Shown: one piece after another, positions 34,911 through 40,408 of the stretch | How the letters are laid out: every line of letters begins with the position of its first letter | Position numbering within the stretch: position 1 is the first letter of the stretch | Virus record (IMG/VR): IMGVR_UViG_2529292759_000002 | Span: 1 to 40,408 of that record | Direction: 5' to 3' (one strand) | DNA from: a virus | Taxonomy: Duplodnaviria; Heunggongvirae; Uroviricota; Caudoviricetes | DNA length: 40,408 nt | Made by a program: the position numbers and the translations under genes | The notes under the pieces: model-generated | Told to the model about the DNA's origin: nothing | The model's database searches: none | What the model saw: only the letters and a program-made list of their open reading frames with translations

Positions 34911-34925
34911 TTACCTGAAAGGTAA
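34911..34925. promoter_or_regulatory. 15-bp palindrome (TTACCTGAAAGGTAA) upstream of the SOS box
   Basis: Perfect site about 40 bp upstream of the LexA box on the transcribed strand. Confidence 0.5.
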
Positions 34926-35029
34926 TATCTATTCGTATTTACAGCCTTTCTATCCATATGTGGTTTTCCAGGTAATAGAATAACCAGATATGCGGCGCAA
35001 CGGGTGCTGCGACTATCTGGAGATTTAAC

Positions 35030-38000
35030 ATGACGGTCTCAACCGAAGTTGACCACAACGAATACACCGGTAACGGCGTTACGACATCGTTTCCGTATAC
35101 TTTTCGAATTTTCAGAAAATCAGACCTGGTTGTTCAGGTGTCTGACCTGAACGGAAACGTAACAGAATTGGTTCTGGATACCGGTTATACGGTAACTGGG
35201 GCGGGCACTTATAGTGGCGGTTCTGTGGTTCTTCCGTCTCCGCTTGCTACTGGATGGCGAATTACGATAGATCGTGTGCTTGATGTAGTGCAGGAGACAG
35301 ACCTTCGCAATCAGGGAAAATTTTTCCCCGAAGTGCATGAAGATGCCTTTGACTACCTGACGATGCTGATCCAGCAATGTTTTGGGTGGTTCAGACGTGC
35401 ATTGATGAAACCATCTTTGCTTGCAAAATATTACGATGCAAAGCAAAACAAAATTTCTAACCTTGCAGATCCATCATTTGAGCAGGACGCTGTAAATAAT
35501 CGCTCAATGCGTAATTATGTCGATGCTGCAATCGCCGGGGTTGTTGGTGGTTTTGGTTGGTTTATTCAGTATGGTTCTGGGGCTGTGTACCGAACGTTCC
35601 AGGATAAAATGCGTGATGCTATTAGCCCCAAAGATTTTGGAGCTGTTGGTGATGGTATAAATGACGATTCCACTGCAATAAGCGCGTGCCTTGAAGCCTC
35701 ATCTCCAGGTTATAAAATTGACGGATTAGGGCTTACTCTTAAAGTATCAACTCTTCCGGATGTCAGTCGATTTAAAAATGCTCGTTTTTTATTTGAGAGA
35801 ATACCGGGCCAGCCTCTTTTTTATGCTTCTGAAGATTTTATCCAGGGAGAGTTATTTAAAATTACAGATACACCGTGGTACAACGCCTGGACGCAGGATA
35901 AAACGTTTGTATATGACAATGTCATCTATGCGCCTTTTATGGCTGGAGACCGCCATGGTGTAAATAACCTCCATGTTGCATGGGTTCGCTCAGGAGATGA
36001 CGGGAAGACCTGGACAACGCCGGAATGGCTTACAGATTTACATGAAAACTATCCCACAGTTAACTATCACTGCATGAGTATGGGGGTTGTCAGAAATCGC
36101 CTTTTTGCTGTAATTGAGACGCGGACCGTGAGCGGAAATAAACTGCAGGTTGCAGAGTTGTGGGATCGCCCAATGAGTCGCAGCCTTCGCGTTTATGGTG
36201 GTATAACGAAAGCAGCAAATCAGCAAGTCGCTTATATTCGCATTACTGATCACGGATTATTTGCTGGTGATTTTGTCAACTTCTCAAACTCTGGTGTTAC
36301 AGGTGTTACCGGGAATATGACGGTGACTACTGTTATTGATAAAAATACTTTTACAGTTACGACGCAAAATACCCAGGATGTGGATCAGAATAACGAGGGT
36401 AGATACTGGAGTTTTGGTACATCATTTCACTCGTCACCATGGAGAAAAACCAGTCTTGGAACTATTCCTTCTTTTGTTGACGGAAGCACTCCTGTTACTG
36501 AGATTCACAGTTTTGCGACGATTAGCGATAACAGTTTTGCTGTTGGCTACCATAATGGTGATATTGGTCCACGCGAGCTTGGGATACTCTATTTCTCTGA
36601 TGCTTTCGGTTCTCCTGGTAGCTTTGTTCGCAGACGCATACCTGCAGAATATGAGGCGAATGCATCTGAGCCATGTGTAAAATATTATGATGGCATTCTG
36701 TATCTGACGACCAGGGGGACATTAAGTACTCAACCCGGTAGTTCATTGCACAGAAGCTCTGATTTAGGTACATCATGGAATTCTCTTCGCTTCCCAAATA
36801 ATGTTCATCACTCAAACCTTCCTTTTGCCAAAGTTGGCGATGAGCTGATTATTTTTGGCAGTGAGCGCGCATTTGGTGAGTGGGAAGGAGGAGAACCTGA
36901 TAACCGTTATGCAGGAAACTATCCAAGAACATTTATGACCAGAGTTAACGTCAATGAGTGGAGTCTGGATAATGTAGAGTGGGTTAATGTTACTGATCAG
37001 ATTTATCAGGGCGGAATAGTTAACTCTGCGGTTGGTGTTGGTTCAGTTTGTATCAAAGACAACTGGCTGTACTACATTTTCGGTGGGGAAGACTTTCTAA
37101 ACCCATGGAGCATAGGGGATAACAACAGAAAATATCCTTATGTTCACGATGGTCACCCGGCTGATTTGTATTGTTTCAGGGTGAAAATTAAACAGGAAGA
37201 ATTTGTTTCAAGGGATTTTGTCTACGGAGCCACTCCTAACAGAACGCTTCCTACTTTTATGTCGACGTCAGGCGTGAGGACGGTTCCTGTACCCGTTGAT
37301 TTCACAGATGATGTTGCCGTCCAGTCACTGACTGTCCATGCAGGTACATCAGGACAAGTTCGCGCGGAAGTCAAACTTGAGGGTAATTACGCCATTATTG
37401 CGAAGAAAGTACCGTCTGATGATGTTACCGCTCAGAGATTAATCGTTAGCGGCGGTGAAACAACGTCTTCAGCAGATGGTGCAATGATAACGTTGCATGG
37501 TTCCGGAAGCAGTACTCCACGTCGCGCGGTATATAACGCACTCGAACATCTTTTTGAGAACGGAGATGTTAAACCTTATCTTGATAATGTAAATGCTCTT
37601 GGTGGTCCGGGAAACAGGTTCTCGACAGTTTATCTTGGCTCCAATCCTGTGGTTACCAGTGACGGAACATTAAAGACAGAGCCGGTCTCTCCTGACGAAG
37701 CATTGCTGGATGCCTGGGGTGACGTCAGGTATATCGCTTATAAATGGCTGAACGCTGTCGCTATAAAGGGGGAAGAAGGGGCGAGGATACATCATGGTGT
37801 AATCGCGCAGCAACTTCGTGATGTTCTTATTTCTCACGGACTCATGGAAGAAGAAAGCACAACATGCCGCTATGCCTTTCTTTGCTATGACGATTATCCC
37901 GCAGTATATGATGACGTCATTACTGGCCAAAGGGAAATGCCGCTGACTGATAATGACGGGAGCATCATTGTTGATGAGGATGATAATCCAGTGATGGTAA

Positions 38001-38149
38001 TAGAAGACATCATTGAGCGCGTTGAAATAACGCCAGCAGGATCTAGATGGGGGGTCAGACCTGATCTCTTATTCTATATCGAGGCAGCATGGCAGCGCAG
38101 AGAAATGGATAAGATAAAAGAGCGGGTTCAGTCTCTGGAAGAACGTTAA
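35030..38149 (+). CDS. Tailspike / tail fibre depolymerase with T7 gp17-like N-terminal anchor and C-terminal intramolecular chaperone domain
   Basis: 1039 aa; N-terminus YTGNGVTTSFPYTFRIFRKSDLVV resembles the T7 tail-fibre N-terminal domain; DFGAVGDGINDDSTAI motif typical of beta-helix (pectate-lyase-like) enzymes; Asp-box-like SGDDGKTW and SDLGTSW; C-terminal region (YLDNVNALGG...RIHHGVIAQQLRDVL...) resembles peptidase-S74 chaperone domains. Confidence 0.8.
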   Translation: MTVSTEVDHNEYTGNGVTTSFPYTFRIFRKSDLVVQVSDLNGNVTELVLDTGYTVTGAGTYSGGSVVLPSPLATGWRITIDRVLDVVQETDLRNQGKFFPEVHEDAFDYLTMLIQQCFGWFRRALMKPSLLAKYYDAKQNKISNLADPSFEQDAVNNRSMRNYVDAAIAGVVGGFGWFIQYGSGAVYRTFQDKMRDAISPKDFGAVGDGINDDSTAISACLEASSPGYKIDGLGLTLKVSTLPDVSRFKNARFLFERIPGQPLFYASEDFIQGELFKITDTPWYNAWTQDKTFVYDNVIYAPFMAGDRHGVNNLHVAWVRSGDDGKTWTTPEWLTDLHENYPTVNYHCMSMGVVRNRLFAVIETRTVSGNKLQVAELWDRPMSRSLRVYGGITKAANQQVAYIRITDHGLFAGDFVNFSNSGVTGVTGNMTVTTVIDKNTFTVTTQNTQDVDQNNEGRYWSFGTSFHSSPWRKTSLGTIPSFVDGSTPVTEIHSFATISDNSFAVGYHNGDIGPRELGILYFSDAFGSPGSFVRRRIPAEYEANASEPCVKYYDGILYLTTRGTLSTQPGSSLHRSSDLGTSWNSLRFPNNVHHSNLPFAKVGDELIIFGSERAFGEWEGGEPDNRYAGNYPRTFMTRVNVNEWSLDNVEWVNVTDQIYQGGIVNSAVGVGSVCIKDNWLYYIFGGEDFLNPWSIGDNNRKYPYVHDGHPADLYCFRVKIKQEEFVSRDFVYGATPNRTLPTFMSTSGVRTVPVPVDFTDDVAVQSLTVHAGTSGQVRAEVKLEGNYAIIAKKVPSDDVTAQRLIVSGGETTSSADGAMITLHGSGSSTPRRAVYNALEHLFENGDVKPYLDNVNALGGPGNRFSTVYLGSNPVVTSDGTLKTEPVSPDEALLDAWGDVRYIAYKWLNAVAIKGEEGARIHHGVIAQQLRDVLISHGLMEEESTTCRYAFLCYDDYPAVYDDVITGQREMPLTDNDGSIIVDEDDNPVMVIEDIIERVEITPAGSRWGVRPDLLFYIEAAWQRREMDKIKERVQSLEER

Positions 38150-38152
38150 AAA

Positions 38153-38180
38153 AAAGCCCGCAAAATATTGCGGGTATCAA
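38153..38180 (-). terminator. Hairpin terminator after the tailspike gene, best formed on the minus strand
   Basis: GCCCGCAA-AATA-TTGCGGGT preceded by A8 on the plus strand (U8 after the hairpin on the minus strand); only ATCAAAAAC follows on the plus strand. Confidence 0.5.
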
Positions 38181-38455
38181 AAACGGAGTTGGTGAAAAGT
38201 TATCTTTGAATTCTATCATGAATCAGTACGTATTTTAAATACATGTTCAGGTTTATTACACCATAGCATTATTAAATACAAAATTAAGTCTATGGTTCCT
38301 GTACAACTGCCCCCACTCTGCTGGCTCGTTCTGTAAAATCATTAGTACTTTTATTGAGATATATGATATGGAACAATAATGATTCATATATGGTTTACTA
38401 TGCGGGTTTAGTCATCAATAATTGACTGGCTTATAGATAGTAAACAGGAGAAAGT

Positions 38456-38860
38456 ATGTCTGCTCAAGTAACAAGTGAGCAATTAAATCAGTTGCTTAGT
38501 TTTGGTTCTCTTGCTGCAGTTATTGCAGGTGTCCCTCCGGAGGTTGCTTTAGGGGCTTTGGCTGGGGCGGTAATTTTTGTTACCTCTGCAGTAGAGTACC
38601 CCATCCGTCGCCGGGTGCTCCTGTCGATGCTCAGCTTTCTTTGCGGCCTTCTCTTTTACAAACCAGCAGCATCAATTCTTATCGGCATAGCCAGCCTGAT
38701 CCCTACCATCACGCAGGACTCTTTTGAAAAAGGGATTGTTTTCTCTGCAGGCGCATTCGTGTCAGCAATTGTCGCTGTGCGTATTGGTATATGGCTCTAT
38801 CACCGTTCCGATAATCCACGCGAGTTAATTCCGGGGAGAAAAGACGATGGTAACGCATGA
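38456..38860 (+). CDS. Holin-like membrane protein (lysis cassette, first gene)
   Basis: 134 aa with 3-4 hydrophobic helices and a charged C-terminus; immediately upstream of a second membrane protein and the endolysin. Confidence 0.55.
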   Translation: MSAQVTSEQLNQLLSFGSLAAVIAGVPPEVALGALAGAVIFVTSAVEYPIRRRVLLSMLSFLCGLLFYKPAASILIGIASLIPTITQDSFEKGIVFSAGAFVSAIVAVRIGIWLYHRSDNPRELIPGRKDDGNA

Positions 38861-39155
38861 GTTTTTTTTGCTTATCACTAATGCAGTTATTTGCACTGGC
38901 ATAGCAATTCGCGTTGTCACATTCCGGCGTAACGGCTCTCAACATCGAAGGTGGGGAGGATGGCTTGCTTATTTCCTGATTGTTGCTGCGGCCAGTATTC
39001 CTGTTCGAGTCGCCTATGCAATCTGGTTACGTACGCCAATGGCTGTGGATTTATCTGAGGTCATTATCAACGCTGTCATGCTGGCTGCGGTTATTAAAAC
39101 GCGCGGTAACGTCGTTCAAATTTTTAAAGTATCGAGGTCTAAACATGGAGATTAA
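38847..39155 (+). CDS. Second small membrane protein of the lysis cassette (holin or antiholin candidate)
   Basis: 102 aa, 2-3 hydrophobic helices; GGGGAG Shine-Dalgarno; overlaps both neighbours. Confidence 0.5.
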   Translation: MVTHEFFLLITNAVICTGIAIRVVTFRRNGSQHRRWGGWLAYFLIVAAASIPVRVAYAIWLRTPMAVDLSEVIINAVMLAAVIKTRGNVVQIFKVSRSKHGD

Positions 39156-39774
39156 ACAATTCCAGCGAGCTGCTGGTATCAGCGAGGCACTGGCCGCACG
39201 CTGGTTCTCGCATATAACTTCTGCGATGAAAGAGTTTGGTATCAGCAAAGCAGAAGATCAGGCAATGTTTATTGCTCAAGTCGGGCATGAGTCTGGGGGC
39301 TTCACCAGGTTGCAGGAGAATTTCAACTACAGTGTCAGCGGACTGGCTAACTTCGTTCGGGCTGGGCGTCTCACTCAGGGGCAGGCTAATGCACTGGGGC
39401 GCCGTGCTGGTGAACCACCATTGCCACTTGAGCGCCAGCGCGCGATCGCAAATATGGTATACAGCAAACGCATGGGGAACAATGCCCCTGGTGATGGCTG
39501 GAATTACCGAGGGCGCGGACTTATCCAGATTACCGGTTTGAATAACTATCGTGATTGCGGAAACGGTCTGAAGGTTGACCTGCTGGAGAGCCCTGAACTG
39601 CTGGCGCAGGACGGATATGCGGCTCGTAGCGCGGCGTGGTTCTTCGCCAGCAAAGGATGCATGAAGTATACCGGCGATATTGCACGTGTAACTCTGATTA
39701 TCAATGGTGGCCGGAACGGCATCGACGACCGGCGAGCGCGGTACATCACTGCCAGTAAGGTGCTGGCGGTATGA
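39145..39774 (+). CDS. Endolysin, glycoside hydrolase family 19 (chitinase-like) type
   Basis: Start at the internal ATG (MEIKQF...) with GAGGT Shine-Dalgarno; motifs [27 protein letters not shown] and [10 protein letters not shown] resemble GH19 lysozymes. Confidence 0.75.
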   Translation: MEIKQFQRAAGISEALAARWFSHITSAMKEFGISKAEDQAMFIAQVGHESGGFTRLQENFNYSVSGLANFVRAGRLTQGQANALGRRAGEPPLPLERQRAIANMVYSKRMGNNAPGDGWNYRGRGLIQITGLNNYRDCGNGLKVDLLESPELLAQDGYAARSAAWFFASKGCMKYTGDIARVTLIINGGRNGIDDRRARYITASKVLAV

Positions 39775-40253
39775 TCTGGGCATTCGTAAAAGCATACTGG
39801 AAACAGTTTCTTATCGTGGCAGTGCTTGCTGTTCTGGTCATATCAGGAGTGGTTGCCTGGAATATACACGGCAGTCGCCAGTACGATGCCGGGTATGCTC
39901 AGGCGGAAGAAGACCGCAAAGCCGAAGAAGACAAAGTTCGTCAGTACTACGAACAGGAGAAAGTGACCAATGAACGTGAAGCTCAGCAGAGGATCGACCA
40001 GGCGCGCAATGATGCTCTTGATGCTGCCGCTAGCGCTGGCCGGTTGCAGCAACAACTCTTTGCCATCCGTGAGCAGCTCAGGCAGTATAACGCCATTGTC
40101 GGCGCTGGGTCGTCAGCCGCAGACACCGGAGTTTTGCTTGCCGACGTGCTCAGCAAATCTCTCGAGAGAAACAGACAACTGGCAGAGTATGCTGACCGGG
40201 CAGCCGAAGCCGGAAGAGTCTGCGAAAAACAGTACGACACTTTGACCAGATAG
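39771..40253 (+). CDS. Rz-like inner-membrane spanin
   Basis: 160 aa; N-terminal transmembrane helix ([17 protein letters not shown]) then coiled-coil; overlaps the endolysin stop; embedded lipoprotein ORF in another frame. Confidence 0.7.
   Translation: MIWAFVKAYWKQFLIVAVLAVLVISGVVAWNIHGSRQYDAGYAQAEEDRKAEEDKVRQYYEQEKVTNEREAQQRIDQARNDALDAAASAGRLQQQLFAIREQLRQYNAIVGAGSSAADTGVLLADVLSKSLERNRQLAEYADRAAEAGRVCEKQYDTLTR
40009..40245 (+). CDS. Rz1-like outer-membrane lipoprotein spanin, embedded in the Rz gene
   Basis: ORF in a different frame inside Rz; lipobox-like signal [13 protein letters not shown]; Pro/Ser-rich mature part; exact start (39970, 40009 or 40012) uncertain. Confidence 0.55.
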   Translation: MMLLMLPLALAGCSNNSLPSVSSSGSITPLSALGRQPQTPEFCLPTCSANLSRETDNWQSMLTGQPKPEESAKNSTTL

Positions 40254-40281
40254 CATGGCATTTTTCATGGTACTGATTTCC

Positions 40282-40303
40282 GGTGACGGTATATAAAACG
40301 GTA
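40282..40303. promoter_or_regulatory. attR-proximal arm-type repeats (GGTGACGGTAT and a second ACGGTA)
   Basis: GGTGACGGTAT at 40282-40292 is identical to 141-151 near attL; ACGGTA repeats again at 40298-40303. Confidence 0.4.
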
Positions 40304-40363
40304 CGGGAAAAATTGAGATTTGGAAAAATGTTATCACTCAATTGGTTATGGTTATCGTAAATA

Positions 40364-40408
40364 ATTGAGTGGGAATGATTAACAGCTAACTCATAGCAAC
40401 TCATTCCT
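40364..40408. repeat. attR: attR: right copy of the 45-bp direct repeat
   Basis: Identical to bases 1-45. Confidence 0.85.

Noticed and set aside
34835-34957. Extended N-terminus of the small antirepressor-like ORF
   Set aside because: It contains the LexA box and a palindromic site, which are promoter elements; the internal ATG at 34832-34834 has a GGAG Shine-Dalgarno.
35030-38149. Calling the tailspike an endosialidase (K1 capsule depolymerase)
   Set aside because: Asp-box-like motifs and the C-terminal chaperone domain are shared with endosialidases, but the D-F-G-A-x-G-D-G-x-x-D-D motif points to a beta-helix enzyme and I cannot verify the endosialidase catalytic residues; substrate specificity is left open.
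38980-39144. Extended N-terminus of the endolysin ORF
   Set aside because: It overlaps the preceding membrane-protein gene in another frame; the internal ATG at 39145 has a good Shine-Dalgarno and begins the conserved lysozyme sequence.
12574-40253. Classifying the element as P22-like
   Set aside because: The tailspike lacks the P22-type head-binding N-terminus, the tail genes look T7-like, and the lysis genes are not between the early region and the terminase as in P22.

Overview
The window appears to be one complete temperate prophage of about 40.4 kb, bounded by an exact 45-bp direct repeat (1-45 and 40364-40408). Left to right: a P4-type tyrosine integrase; a leftward early operon (YqaJ-type exonuclease, RecT, AlpA/Xis-like protein, MT-A70-type DNA methyltransferase, lambda-type Ser/Thr phosphatase); an immunity region with a tandem-HTH repressor and a divergent Cro-like gene; replication genes (an O-like initiator with internal iterons and a clear lambda P homologue); a block of small early genes; terminase small and large subunits; an AT-rich reverse-strand insertion carrying an unknown membrane/coiled-coil protein and a tRNA-Arg(UCU); portal, scaffold, capsid and a podovirus-type tail and ejection-protein module; a reverse-strand accessory island with a Bro-N antirepressor preceded by an SOS box; a large tailspike depolymerase; and a lysis cassette (two membrane proteins, GH19-type endolysin, Rz/Rz1). 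The most notable signals are (i) a 15-bp palindrome TTACC-N5-GGTAA at nearly every transcription-unit start, (ii) an SOS-box-controlled antirepressor module paired with a repressor that has no recognisable autocleavage domain, and (iii) AT-rich accessory genes of unknown function that are candidates for lysogen-benefit or exclusion functions. All calls rest on reading the sequence and the ORF translations and on remembered family signatures; no database search was run. Hand-indexed motif coordinates may be off by 1-2 bp.
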